A DNA stretch of 64,000 nucleotides from Selaginella moellendorffii (Eukaryota > Plantae > Lycopodiophyta): assembly GCF_000143415.4 (NCBI RefSeq), contig NW_003314338.1:839795-903794 (forward strand). Reading direction: 5' to 3'. Under the pieces are notes generated by a model. It was given only the letters and a program-made list of their open reading frames with translations. It was not told where the DNA came from and searched no databases. The position numbers and the translations under genes were made by a program. Position 1 is the stretch's first letter, and every line of letters begins with the position of its first letter. Of this stretch, positions 51,101 to 64,000 are shown piece after piece.

Positions 51101-51793
51101 AATGATAAAAAGCTTGTGTTTTTGGGTCATTTCAAATCTCCAGGATCACGATTTTTATTAGAAAATCGCCAAAAATCCACTCCATCACCCCTTCTCCTTT
51201 CACCATCTAGAAACTTGTTCACATCCTTCTGTAATATATACACAATAGGAGCTATAGTTTCATTTGATTTAGACAAATTCCAATCTAAATCATCTGCACA
51301 AAAATAATCCTTTTCATGGAATTCTTGCACCTCATCAAGCCATGGGGGATCCTAAATGATTTTCTTGAATCAATATGAAATTGAATTGATTGCTTACCTC
51401 TGGAAATTGATGTGCTGCTGCCATGCCCGATCATAAAAGAAACAGAAACGTTTTTAGGTCAATTATGGGGCAACCATCGGGCATGAATGGGTGGACCAGG
51501 GCGTGTTGATTGAAATTTGGCTAAGTGTTGGGGCTGTGGCCACGTGGAAGTAATTTTAGGGCGCACGCTGGGCGCCGGCGGACATGCGGGGGCTGGTGGG
51601 AGTGCGGGCGGGAGCCATGAGGGCGAGCGGGCGGACGGGAGCCACAGGCGGGCGATAGCCGTGGGCGGGAGTGTGCAGCGGCGACGGATGGGAGAGGGAG
51701 TGCGCTGGAGATAAAACAAAAACGAGGGCTGATGCCACATCATCACCAGGTAAGTGGAGAGAGAGTGAATCAGGATGGTGTTTAACGGGAGGC
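48120..51793 (-). mobile_element. Mutator-like element (MULE) with about 270-bp TIRs, 9-bp TSD and degenerate intron-containing transposase
   Basis: TIRs gcctcccgttaaacaccatcc.. / ..ggatggtgtttaacgggaggc; TSD acaacacac (48111-48119) / acaacgcac (51794-51802); empty site at 56835-56843; LDATFGTN, GIPIAW, IMIDD..EINAI, LCIWHV, TNSSIEAFH, SWIM-like CNC..CKH. Confidence 0.93.
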
Positions 51794-52274
51794 ACAACGC
51801 ACAATTGAGTATGTGTATTATAAATTTTTCATGGGACATGTGTATAAATCCATAGACAATCCACAGGATTGCCTAAGACATGCAGATACTTGAGGATTGC
51901 CATATGTCATATTACATTGAGTGCTAAAATGTTTAAAAAAATGATATATGGATAGAGCTACCACAATTCTTCTTTCTTGATAACAAAATTGTGCCTATGT
52001 TACTGTAATTGCTGTCAAAAGGTATGGTGATCAAGGTTTAAGAGAGTACAATTTGTGGAGAAAGCAAAGCAAGAATTTTTTAAAGATAAAGTTTAGTTTA
52101 AAGTGATCTTTCCAACCTCTTAAACAAGAAATTATGTCTCTCAAAAAACTTAAACCTTGTAAGCCATACCTAAAATGCAAGGTATGATATAGAGGTTGTC
52201 CATGCCCATGCATCATGTCAATGCAATGTTTATAAGAAACAAATTTGTATAATTTCCATATGGTGTTATGTTCA

Positions 52275-52685
52275 TGTTAGGCGCAAGTTTTGACCACGTG
52301 GTCAACTTCGGTCGGGAAGCTCAAGAGTATATATTAAAGCATGTTAGGGTAAAGAATTTAATTTACCCTAAGGCTCATAGTGCACAATGGAGCTTTTGAG
52401 GTAGTTTAAGAGTGGTTGGGTGGTAAAGAACTTCAAGAGGAGGCATAATATAATTTAGGGAGATTAAATCTTTATTTTTTTGCACCAGATCATAAAATTG
52501 GTATTAGAAAAATTGGTTGTGATGGCCAATTGGAATCCTTTGTTGATGGTGGTGCCAATGATGGTGCTGATGGAGGTGCGAAGGTTTGGACCATTCAAGA
52601 TATTGTTCATGAGTTGCGAGCCTTTAATTAAAATTAGCAAGAGATGCAAAACGAGATGCATGGCATGATGGGTAAGTGTGTTAAA
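52275..52685. mobile_element. Probable LTR fragment of another element that received the chromovirus insertion
   Basis: Homology with the paralogous GH3 upstream region (57727-57735) breaks exactly at TGTTAG (52275). Confidence 0.35.
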
Positions 52686-55081
52686 TGTAATGCACTTGTA
52701 TTTGGAGTCAAATTCCAAGCCCGCTGCATTACAAAACGAGGGTCTAGTATAATCCCACGAGCACCAGCTCCCCTTATCCTGCATGCAAAATGGTGTCAGA
52801 TGGAGTTTGGCACAATTTTAGCATACTGGTGGCTTAACACAAGGAGGGTACCCCACCAACTAGAGCAGCATAGAGTTTGGGCTTAGACCTAAGTTGGACG
52901 CAGAACAAAGAGCAACACAGCCTAGTGGGAGCCAAATTAATGTCTTAGGTGGTCAAATATGCATTCCAACTACTATCCCTACTATACATTTGAAACCCCC
53001 CATAGCCCCCTCTTTGAGGAACACACACTTTGGGATTTCACCCCAAGCCTCCCTTAGTACCAGGAGTTAGTCTCTAAGACAAGCTCAAAATTTACTAAAT
53101 ATGTAATATCCCTAAATTGCAAATTTGGACACGGGATAAACACCATACCAATCTTTACATTCCATAAATATGCCAAATGAGTGAATCTAGACACTTTCCA
53201 TAAATAGCATTTGAAACCGAAATGAGACTAACACAAAGGGCATGATAGTAAAGGTGTTTGGTAGACACGGTAAACTATCATCCAGCAATATTGAGGGACT
53301 AATCTCAATACGCGAGGGTTCTTATCACTAGCCAGTGCAAGACATAACGAGACGGGAACTCCTTACCGGGCTAAGTATGTTTAGGTAATAGCACGTAGGA
53401 ATTCCATTCTTATGCTCGTCAGGTCTAAGTACACTCAAAATGCCTAGTTAACTCCACTAGCACAAGAGGGGCTACCCAAGGGATTTAACTGTACCGACCT
53501 CCTACCATTATGGCAGTAAGGAAAGAGTGTCTATAAGGACTGACTGACAAGTATCTTTCGATACCCGAAGTCACATTCGCAACACTCTCCCCCCTTGCGA
53601 AAGATCGACGTCCTTGTTGATGCATACCCGAGTCTAACAAACCGTCAAGGAAATAACTCTGAAAGTTAATGGAAAGCACACTATGTGGGAAACACACTGA
53701 CTTAAATGAATTATGGAATGACCTCTCCTCTACATCCAAAGACGTTAAGACTCAAACACCCTCCGGCCGTCACCAATAAGAAAATGACTAACAGAGTTAG
53801 CCACCCTTGCTGCTCTAAGTACCACTCGGCTCACAAAGGAATGATACATCCCTGCCCACAGGGACATAGGGAGAAGGCCAAAGGCCCAACTTCCCCTGAG
53901 CAAGAAATCAACCCCATCGGGAAGATTTAGACAACTATTATAAACCGGCAGATTAAGTTGTTTACACGACTATGCCTTTTTTCAAAAATGGGTCATCGAG
54001 AAAGAGATAGAGATTTGTGATCAGTCTATAATAATTATCCCCATGGCTATGGATTGGACCCATGCACTGAAGTGTGAAGTCAGGTTACTAAAATTGACCC
54101 AAGTACAAATGAACGAGAGAAATGAAACTTTTGATTTATAGAAATATATTACTTTAATAATTTGCAAGATTTATTACAAGATTTACAAGATTTAAGCTAG
54201 TCTTTATTACAATTCTCATACTCGGTGACAAGCTCACGAGCATGTGTAAGATTCCTAAGAGGTTCCCAAGTTGATTCACAAGTCAAGTAACCTTTCCAGT
54301 TAATGAGATATTCCTTCACACGAGCCCATCTCCAAAACTGGGAATCCAAGATAGTTTCAACTTTGTATTCTAGTTCACCGTCCACAATGTCTGGTGGCAG
54401 ATGAATCTCCCCGTGTTGCACAACATCCATAATGTAAGGAGCTGATAGATTGGCATGAAATACATTATGAATATTAGACATCTCTGCAAGAAGATCTAAC
54501 CAATAGGATACATCACTGATTCATTTCAACACCTAATAGGGTCCAACATGTCTCAGTAATAGCTTTCGAGATAAAAATCCCTTAATGTTCAAATTCCGGG
54601 AAGATAGCCATACCTAGTCCCCCACTTGATAGGATACATCCCAATGATGCTGATCCTTATTACATCAATACCTATCATGAGCTTTACCCATCACCTCAGT
54701 AGCTCTAGACCAACTTTGGCATAGCTGCTCCGCATAAGTCTCAACGTTGGGACTAACACTTCGGGCATTAATTTTGGTACAACAATCTATTGAGGCACCC
54801 CACGAGCATTCCCTTGCAACATCTCCCATGGAGAACAGTCAATAGCACTGTGAAATGTGTTGTTATAACAAATTTCTACTGTATCCAAATGCTCAACCTA
54901 GTCGCATTGGTTTGCCGCGACATAGTACCACAAATAATCCTCAACTTGAGTATTCACGCGTTCAATCTGCCCATCAATTTGAGGATGATAAACCATACTA
55001 AACCTCAACTTGGTACCAAACATTTGGAATAATGTGCCCCAAAACTTCCCCGTAAACCTCGAATCTCTATCCAAGATAATC
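52686..55081 (-). mobile_element. Ty3/gypsy chromovirus remnant A: integrase C-terminal part, chromodomain, PPT and 3' LTR (52686-53584)
   Basis: DRDSRFTGKFW..YHPQIDGQIER; YKVETILD..EYLINWKGY..STWEP; PPT aaggggggagag next to TG..CA LTR homologous to 58407-59324. Confidence 0.92.
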
Positions 55082-56745
55082 AGGTAAGTGGCATTGAAGC
55101 CTCTATCCAAGGCATTTCACGAATCCCTCAGCTCCTCATGCCTAGAGTTATCCCCATCGTTCTTGAGCTCCCAGTAGATCACGTAGTGTGGACGTTCCTT
55201 GGTAGTGAAATCAGCGCAGCTGGTGAAGTTTGCAATCTCCAGGGGACTGGCACTGCCCATGACAACCTTTTGGAGTTCTTGTTCGTCAACCTTCTCCACA
55301 TTGATGCTCAGCACGGCGTTCTTGCGATAGGAGAAAGCGACGATGGGCGACTCGTGGTGGAATCCGGTCACTTTGACAACATCTCCAATTCTGTAGCGAT
55401 ACAATCCTAGAAGAGATAACAGAAAAGAAACGATCTTTGCATGAACAAAGAAAGGCTGACCTTCAAACGTAGTCACCACAAGTTCATACTGCTTTCCCAC
55501 TTGAAGGTCCTTAAAACCAAGAGTCTCTCCTTTCTGATGATCAGGAACTTCTTCCGGATCGACTGGAATGAACTTGAAGAACATAGTGTAGGGGATGAGC
55601 GTGAAAACAACTTCCTCCGGGGGAGTGGCAGGCCGCATATTGATTCCAAGGTAACCCTCCGACGCAGAGTAGTTGAATCCCACAATCGCCAACTTATCTC
55701 CAGCGTACTTCTTGAGCACAGGAATGTAAGGTTCCATGGCACCAGTTACAACCGTGTGCACGTATTTGGCTCTCGGCCAAAGCAGCGGAAGCAAACCAGA
55801 CCATCTCGATTCTGTGCCTGCGACAAAGATCTCCGAGATCTCCCTTGCAACTTGCGACGAATCCTTACCTCTGAGCTCGCGCTCCATGAGCTTCAAGACC
55901 GGCACCCTGAGCTTTTCATCTTTGACCTTGCTCTCGCTCACACGCCGAGCGGATATGTCCTCGCATAGAATCTTCCAGTCGCTCTCGAGAAGCCTGAACG
56001 CCTCACTGAGCGTGTAGGCAAAGGCTGCGTGGATGAACTCAATCTTGTGGCGCTGGACGAGGCCGCAGAGTAAGTGGCAGTAAGTCGTTTGCTGCCAATC
56101 CGATCCGGCAAGCAGCGCCTCGTACGGAGTGGCGAGAGTTTCCGCCTCTTGGTTGTACGCTTCGCTCTTGTAGTAGTTTGTTGATCCGGCTCCTAGTAAC
56201 AGGCCAGACTTGGCCCTATACTGTTCTCCGGAATACACAAAGTGCAGTCCAATGGGCTTGGTGCTCTCCAGCGGGAAGATTCTGGCAAAGATCCGGTCAA
56301 GCTTATATGCACTAACATAGATTCTTACTCGTCTCTATAAGCATTCGAGGATGCGTAAGCTCTGGCTAGCAAAGAGTATCCACAGTTTGTCTGCGGTAAG
56401 ATCTTATGCTTGCCAGACGACGTCCCTGAGCTGGATTCATGGCGAGCATTCGAAACATTAACTAAAGATAGGAAGAGAATATAAAAGATCGTACCTAAAT
56501 GAAAAGTATAGAATCGGATCGCAGCCCAAGAGGAGGTGAGAAGTTCCATGATCAGCTATCTGTTGGAGTTCTGGAGAAATGTTGTCGTAGGAGATGATTG
56601 GAAGCTGAGCCTTGAAGGATTTCAAACACAGGGGCTGCCCGAACCTTTGTAGATAGTGGCAGCTGCCATTTCTCTGCAAAATTTGGACGAGTGCCTCCTC
56701 CTGGGCTTGCACCGCATTCTTGCACACAGCCTCAAAGTCCTCCAT
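55082..56745 (-). pseudogene. GH3: GH3 copy 2, 3'-truncated
   Basis: Near-identical to copy 1; TGC>TGA nonsense at 55117-55119; homology ends near 55082 at integrase sequence. Confidence 0.9.
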
Positions 56746-58406
56746 GAGAATAACGTGGCTTCAGTGCCAATGCCTAGTTTGTTTAAAAAAAGCTAGCAGA
56801 TGAGGCACGTGTTTGACTTTGTTATCCTTTATTTACAACACACAATTGATTAAATTTTTTGTATGGGACATGCCACATGTAAACCCATGGACTGACATGC
56901 AGATACTTGAGGATTGCCATATGTCATATTACAATTGAGTGCCAAATTTTAAAAAATATCTCCTTTCTTGCTTTTCTCCACAAATTGTACTCTCTTAAAC
57001 CTTGAGCATCATACCTTTTGACAGCAATTACAGTAACATAGACAAGGCGATCAAAGCAAGAAAATAACCTTTTTTTAGATAAATTTTCTACTTCGTGTTC
57101 TATAAGGGGCTGGGACAGCCTCCTATAGTAGAGCTCTTCTAGACTAAAGCATAGAATGTGTTTTCGAGATCCTCCAAGGTTTTTTTTCATCTAGAAAGGC
57201 AGTAGAATTCCTAGGATTCACATAGCCAAAAGCTTGGTAAGCTTGCACTGCTAGGGTTTCCTTGGAGAAGTGGCTGAAGGATTTGAATAAAATATGGATC
57301 TCTTGCTCTGGACGGGGCTATGGGAGAGGGAATGGGGGTGCAATCAGGCCAATTCTCTTCTGGAGGTCATTTTCTAATCTTCACGGAATGCTGGGAGAAG
57401 AAGTGCAATTTTCACAAAACGATTAAGCTCTAGATACTGAAGGACAAGTGTTTCAACTCCTTGATGAAGCTACTTCACATTGCCTGGCCTAAGATGAAAG
57501 TGTGCAGGCTCTATGATGCACATTTGTTCTTGTTTATCTTCTTTAGCCCCTCCAGTTTTAAATAGTTTAAAGTAATTTCTCAGCCTCCTAAACGAGAAAT
57601 TATGTCTCTCAAAACTTAAACCTTGTAAGTCATAACTAGAATGCAAGGTATGATGTAGAGGAAGGTGGGTTGTCTGTTTAATGCAATGTCTGTAAGAAAC
57701 AAACTTGTACAATTTCCACATAACATTATGTTCATGAAAGCAAAATGCTTGCCTAAGCAACAGAAAATATCCTTCTCACAAGCTTTTTCTAGTCACTGTG
57801 TCAAACTTGCAAAGATGTGTGCAAAAATGAGCTCTTGTATTCCCTATACCTTAGAGTAAAGGATATTAAAAGCCCTAGCAGCAAAGATCATCATACTATA
57901 TCCTCCCTAGAAGTTGTAAATTAGAGGTATTTTAAAGACCATTGGTAGGCCTTCTCTAGTGGTTTTGTCATTCCACACAACCTGTGTGCATGGTTAACAA
58001 TCCATGAAGATTTGTGTTATGTATATACCACTATCATATAACATTTCATTTGAAAATAAATGTAGAGATAAAATCCAAAATATATCATAAAAGAAAGTGC
58101 ATCCCACAAAAACTACCAAACACTTAAAGATTCTATAGAGCTCTTAGATAGAGTGTGTGTATGGAACAAGCACTCACCTTTATATTTGGAAGATGCACAA
58201 TTTGGAGAATAGTGACAATAAGAGCAATGCTCTTCTAAAAGCCAAAAGCCTTGATGAAACACTTATGATTGCATCAGTATGACTTATTAGCATATCTTGA
58301 GCAATCTATCAAAGTTTACATGTTGGTACATAGTTGTAAGCTTCTAAATTTAGACTTCTTGGGAGTTCACCCAACCCAGTACTATTCAAACCCAAAGACG
58401 CTTAAC

Positions 58407-61400
58407 TGTCGCGAATGTGACTTTGGGTATCGAAAGATACTTGTCGACCGGTCCTTACAGACACTCTTTTCTTACTGCCATGACGGCATGAGATCGGTAC
58501 AGTTGGATCCCTTTAGTAACCCCTCTTGTGCTAGTGGAGTTAACTGGGCATTTCGAGTGTACTTAGACCGGACGAGCATAAGGACGGAATTCTTACGTGC
58601 TATTAACTAAGCATACTTAGCCCGGTAAGGAGTTCCCGTCTCGTTATGTCTTGCACTGGCTAGTGACAAGAACCCCCGCATATTGAGATTGGTCCCTCAA
58701 TATGGCCGGATGATAGCTTACCGTGTTTGCCAAACACCCTCGCTATCATGCCCTTTGTGTTAGTCTCATTTCGGTCCCAAATGCTATTTATGGAAAGTGT
58801 CTAGATTTGCTCATCTGGCATATCTACGGAATGTAGAGGTCGGCTTGAACACAATGGTGTTCGTCCCGTGTCCAAATTCGCAATCTAGCGCCATTCCATA
58901 TTTAGTAAGTTTCGAGCTTGTCCTAGAGACTAACTCTTGGTACCAAGGGAGGCTTGGGGTGAAAGCCCAAAGCGTGTGTTCCTCAAGGGGGGGGGCTGTG
59001 GGGGGTTCCAAATGTATAGTAGGGATAGTGGTTGGAATGTATGTCCGACCACTTGAGACATTAGTTTGGCTCCCGCTAGGCTGTGTCGTTCCTTGTTCTG
59101 TGTTTGGCTTGGGTCTAAGCCCAAGCTCCATGCTACTCTAGTCGGTGGAGTACCCTCCTCCTCGCGTTAGGCCACCGGTATGCCAAAATTGTGCCAGACT
59201 CCGTCTGACACCATTTTGCATGCAAGTGTTGGATACGGGGAGCTGGTGCTCGTGGGATTGTACCGGACCCTCATTTTGTAGTGCAACGGGCTTGAAGTTC
59301 GGCTCCAAATTCAGGTGCGCTACATTTGGTATCAGAGGACTTGTCTCAGTGATTCCTATCCAACTTTTGTCAGATTTTCTGACTCAAGTTGTATATGCAG
59401 AGACTTTTCTAGTAGATCCGAAGTGACCTGTGTAGAATTAGTTGGATTGCACCATTCAGTAAGAATGTTGTATGCATGTTCAGTTACTGATAGAGGCATG
59501 CATGCAGCTAGCAGGATGGTGAAGAGGAACCGTGCTGATGACGCTGAAACCTCTAGACGGGCGAATCGAGAGGAGGAAACTCTTGTTAGAGATGCTGCAG
59601 AAGAGGCTGAGGCTGAGTCGGAAGAGGAAGAGCCAAATGCTGCGGCATTGTAGTGTACGGCTCAGGAAGTCGAGATCGAGAATTTGCAAAAGGAGATTCG
59701 CAAATTGAAGAAGGAGAACAAGAAGAGGAAGAAAGAAGCTGAGGCAGCTAAACCAGCTAAGCCAGCTAAGCCTAAGCAATCAGACTCCTCTTCAAGTTCT
59801 GAGGATGATGAAGTTCTGCAGCCGCCCCCGGTTGCACGAGTTTCAAAGTTCAAGCCCCCAAAACCACCCAACTTCAGAAGCATGCGGGACTATCAGGTTT
59901 TGGAAGACTGGGTCTACGATAAGGAGAACTACTTCATAGTGGCAGACATAGATGATCGTACGAAAGTTGCATGCGCGCAATCCTTTCTCACCGATCATGC
60001 CAAAACTTGGTGGCGCCAAGTGTGTGCTGAAAAAGGGCAGATTAGAAGTTGGACCAAGATGCGGTCTCGTATCCGTAAGGAATACTTGCCGGATGATCTT
60101 GGTCTGAGACTTCGCGCAGAGCTGCGGCGGTTAAAAGCAACGAGGGGATCTCATGCATTACGTTAATGTGTTTGCTCAGAAGCGCATTATGATTGCAAAT
60201 ATGAGTGACGAAGATGCTCGGAGTTATTTTCTGGAAGGTTTAAGTTCACTTTCTCATAATGAGATTTTGAAGTTTAAGCCGAAGACGTACCTGGAGTGTA
60301 AGGAGGCAGCGCAGCAAATTGCCTTTAGTCACTCACTCATGGAACTATATCAACAACCGTATGCTGGTAATTCGGATAAGAATAGGAATTCTGGAAATAA
60401 ACAAGGTGATCAGAAACAGAGGGTGGAAAGCAGGTTCCGCCCTGGAGGCTCACAAGCAATAGTTAACAAAGGTGGTGGTGGTTGGAGATCACCAGCAGCT
60501 TCTTCTGGTCCTAGGCCCTCTGTTCCTCCTCCTGGTGAGTACAAGCAACAGCAACCTGCAAAACCTACTCCTAGCGGAACAAGTAGTGTGGGTCATTGCT
60601 TCTGTTGTGGAGAGTCGGGACATAGGTCCTCGGAATGTCCCAACAAGCATAAAACAAGATCTCGGGTTAATGTCATGAGGGAAGACGGTGGTGGTGAAGC
60701 TAAAGGGGTTGACGAGTTGGTCAATGCAGACTATGAGGAAGAAGAGGTAAGTAACTTTCGTTGCTTTCCTCAAGCTTTTCTTGCAGTCAATGCAAACACT
60801 GATCCATTGATGTATCTAGTAGGCTTTGTCCGTGGACACCGAATCCGAGTGATGATTGACACAGGAGCTACGCACAGCGTGATATCTGAAGACTTAGTTA
60901 AGTTGTTAGGATTGAATGCTGAGCAAATGTCACCTATGCACTTCCGGTTTGCAGAAGGTGGGCAAGTAGCTAGAAAGTTTGTGAGTGATGTTCCAATAAA
61001 GATATCCAAGTGGAAAGAAAGAGTGGACTTGGTAGTGTTGAAGATACCAGATTTTCAAATGGTGTTTGGTATGGACTTCCTCAACAAATATATAAAAGGG
61101 ATTTATGGTGCTGGACAAAGTCGTATCACGTTGAAGTCCGAAGGACGACCCGATGTGTCTTTCCAGTTACAAAAGCGTTCCTCAAAGGATTGGGATGGAA
61201 ACTTCCTGACTGCGAGGGCCGCTCAAAAAGCAACTAAGAAGGGAGGTCGGACCTTTTGGGTTCAAGTGATGGAAGCTGAGAGTGTGGGTGACTCTGTTCG
61301 AATTAGTGATGGGGTTGATCCTGTACCAAAGAAGATATTGAAGTTGTTGGCGCAGAATCAGGATATCTTCCCGAAGGATTTGCCACTAAGGCTACCCCCT

Positions 61401-63890
61401 AGCTGTGAGGTTGATCATCAGATTGAGGTTATTCCGGGTTCTAAACCACCTACGAAAGCTCCGTATCGGTTGAACATCAAGGAGATGGCTGAACTCAAGA
61501 AGCAACTCACGGAGCTTCTTGACAAAGGTCATATCCGACCTAGCAAGTCACCTTATGAAGCACCAATCCTTTTTGTTATGAAAAAGGATGGAACCATGAG
61601 GATGTGTATTGACTATCGGGCACTCAACAAGATCACGGTTAAGAACAGTTATCCTTTGCCTCGCATTGATGACTTGTTTGACCAACTCTTAAAGGCTAAA
61701 TATTTTACACGACTTGATTTGCGGTCCGGGTATCATCAGATATGGGTGGCGAATCAGGATGTGGAGAAGACAACCTTTAAGACTTGATACGGATCTTATG
61801 AGTTCCTTGTCATGCCATTCGGGTTATGCAATGCTCCGGCAACGTTCAACACTATGATGGATAGAATATTCGGAGATTATTTGGATGCATTTGTCGTCCT
61901 ATATATCGATGATGTTCTAGTCTTTAGTGAAACGTTGGAGGATCATTTGAAACACTTGGAGCTGGTGTTTCAGAAGTTGTGCGAACACAAACTGTATGCT
62001 AAGGAAAGTAAATGCACTTTTGGTCAATTGCGTGTAAACTTTCTCGGACATATAATTGGTGGTGGCGTGATTGAAGTCGATCCAAAGAAAGTGGAAGCGG
62101 TGAAGTCCTGGGAAATCCCGACCACTGTATCAGATGTTCGTTCCTTTCTTGGTTTGGCAGGATACTATCGCAAGTTTGTCCGCAATTTTGCAAGAACTGC
62201 TCTTTCGTTGACTGAGTTGACGAAGAGTAGTATTCCGTTTCATTGGACGCCAGCTTGTCAGCGTGCTTTTGTACGGTTGAAGGAGATCTTGACTACGGTT
62301 CTTGTTCTCAGGATCCCAGATCTTGATAAACCCTTTGAAGTGCATTGTGATGCATCTGGTTATGCTATTGGTACCGTGTTACAGCAAGATTGTGACAAAG
62401 CCGTTGGTGTTACGCTAAGGCGACATAGTTGTCCCGTTGCGTTCTATTTCAAGAAATTGGATGAAACCCAACGAAGATGGCCAAAGCATGAGAAAGAGAT
62501 GTTTGCTATAGTGTCGGCCCTGGAACACTGGAGACACTACTTGGGTGGACACACCAAGGTTTATATAGATAGTAACACACTAAGCTACTTTGCTACGCAG
62601 CCTAAGCTTACGCTGAAGCAGGCTTGTTGGCAAGAGAAGCTTGCTAGATATGATATTGAAATCATATATAAACCTGGTAAAGACAATATTGTTCCGGATG
62701 CGTTGAGTCGTCAAGCTTAGTTCCGGGAAATATCGGCAATCAGTTCGGACTGGTTGGAAGATGTTCGAGCTTCGTATGGAAGTGATCCATTGGCAAAGGT
62801 AATCTTATGCCGTGCGGGGTTGTTGAAGCAAAGCCCTGGTAGTGAAGCAGCAAAAGTTGCTAGTTGCACTAATGTGAAACTTCACTTCTCAGTTTGGGAT
62901 GGGCTTATATTCTATAAGCAAGAAAGATTGTATCTTCCCTCTAAGGATCTTCAGCAGTTATTTCTGCGGGAACATCATGATGTTCCAGCAGCAAGACATG
63001 GTGGAAAGCGCAAGACTCTGGCTTCATTGAAAAAGGGATTTTTAGTTGCAGTGCATTCCAGCACCGGCATGGCCATTTCAAAGTGTAACACTTGATTTCG
63101 TCACTTGCTTGCCGAAGTCTAAGGGTTATGATTCTTTGATGGTGGTTGTGGATCGGTTGTCAAAGATTGCACACTTCATTCCAACTGTGGGAACAGTAAA
63201 TGCGAAACAAGCAACAAAGCTCTTTTTCCATGAGCATTTGGATTTGGATACAGTAGAAATTTGTTATAACAACACATTTCACAACGCTATCGGCTGTTCT
63301 CCATGGGAGATTCTGCAAGGAAATGCTCGTGGGGTTCCTCAATAGATTGTTGTACCAAAACCAATGTCCGAAGTGTTGGTCCCAGCTGTTCAGACTTATA
63401 CAGAGCAGCTATGCCAAGGTTGGTCTAAAGCTACTGAGGCGATGGGTAAAGCTCAGGATAGGTATCGACGTGATAAGGATCAGCATCGTCGGGATGTATC
63501 CTATCAAGTGGGAGATCCGGTGTGGCTATCTTCCCGAAACTTGAACATTAAGGGTTCTTTGTCTCGGAAGCTCTTGCCGAGATATGTTGGACCCTATCGG
63601 GTGCTAAAACGCATTGGTGATGTATCCTATCGGTTGGATCTGCCTGCTGAGATGTCCAATGTTCATAATGTATTTCATACCAATCTATTGGCTCCTTATA
63701 CTATGGATGTTGCACGTCAAGGGGAGATTCATCTGCCACCAGACGTTGTGGACGGTAAACCTGAATACGAAGTGGAAACTATCTTAGATTCCCGGTTCCG
63801 AAGATGGGCTCGTGTGAAGGAATATCTAGTTAAGTGGAAAGGTTACCCAACTTGTGAATCAACTTGGGAGCCTCTTAGTAATCTTAACCA
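58407..63890 (+). mobile_element. Ty3/gypsy chromovirus remnant B: 5' LTR 58407-59324, PBS, gag-pol with stops and frameshifts, chromodomain; 3' LTR not seen
   Basis: TG..CA LTR, PBS tggtatcagag (tRNA-iMet type) 59327-59337; [14 protein letters not shown] knuckle; [10 protein letters not shown] protease; MPFGLCNAP, YIDD RT; CDASG RNase H; VVVDRLSK integrase with internal deletion; chromodomain EYLVKWKGY. Confidence 0.95.
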
Positions 63891-63957
63891 TGTAGATAAC
63901 CTTATGTTGACTTCAGTACCAATCAAGCTGACTGCCCGTCTTCCCCCCTCTTTTTGA

Positions 63958-63960
<3 letters not shown>

Positions 63961-63997
<37 letters not shown>
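63961..63997. repeat. Poly-T tract
   Basis: Homopolymer at window end. Confidence 0.9.
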
Positions 63998-64000
63998 CCT

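Noticed and set aside
63890-64000. Poly-T as the tail of a minus-strand LINE or retrocopy
   Set aside because: Plausible, but the window ends before any element body could be seen

Overview
Eukaryotic land-plant genomic DNA with very short introns (mostly 45-75 bp) and dense genes; these traits and the gene content suggest a lycophyte such as Selaginella (inference). A block of conserved genes (proteasome beta subunit PBF1, RIN2-type RING/CUE E3 ligase, RNA Pol III subunit RPC8, N-acetylglutamate synthase, ornithine transcarbamylase, acetolactate synthase, MEX1 maltose transporter, HMGB, F-box/LRR, GH3) is interleaved with rearranged accessory DNA. That DNA includes a GDSL-lipase-like gene and a subtilase with tandem and inverted degenerate copies, decayed Helitron-derived composites carrying captured fragments of the neighbouring RIN2 gene and of a KOC1/KEG-like gene, a MULE with TIRs and a 9-bp TSD in the GH3 promoter, two Ty3/gypsy chromovirus remnants, a PPR pseudogene and two tRNA relics. 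The main finding is a three-exon secreted peptide precursor at 35.6-36.2 kb, not correctly represented in the ORF track, that ends in a 13-aa RGF/GLV/CLEL-type motif (DYAGPKRHPPHSH-stop).
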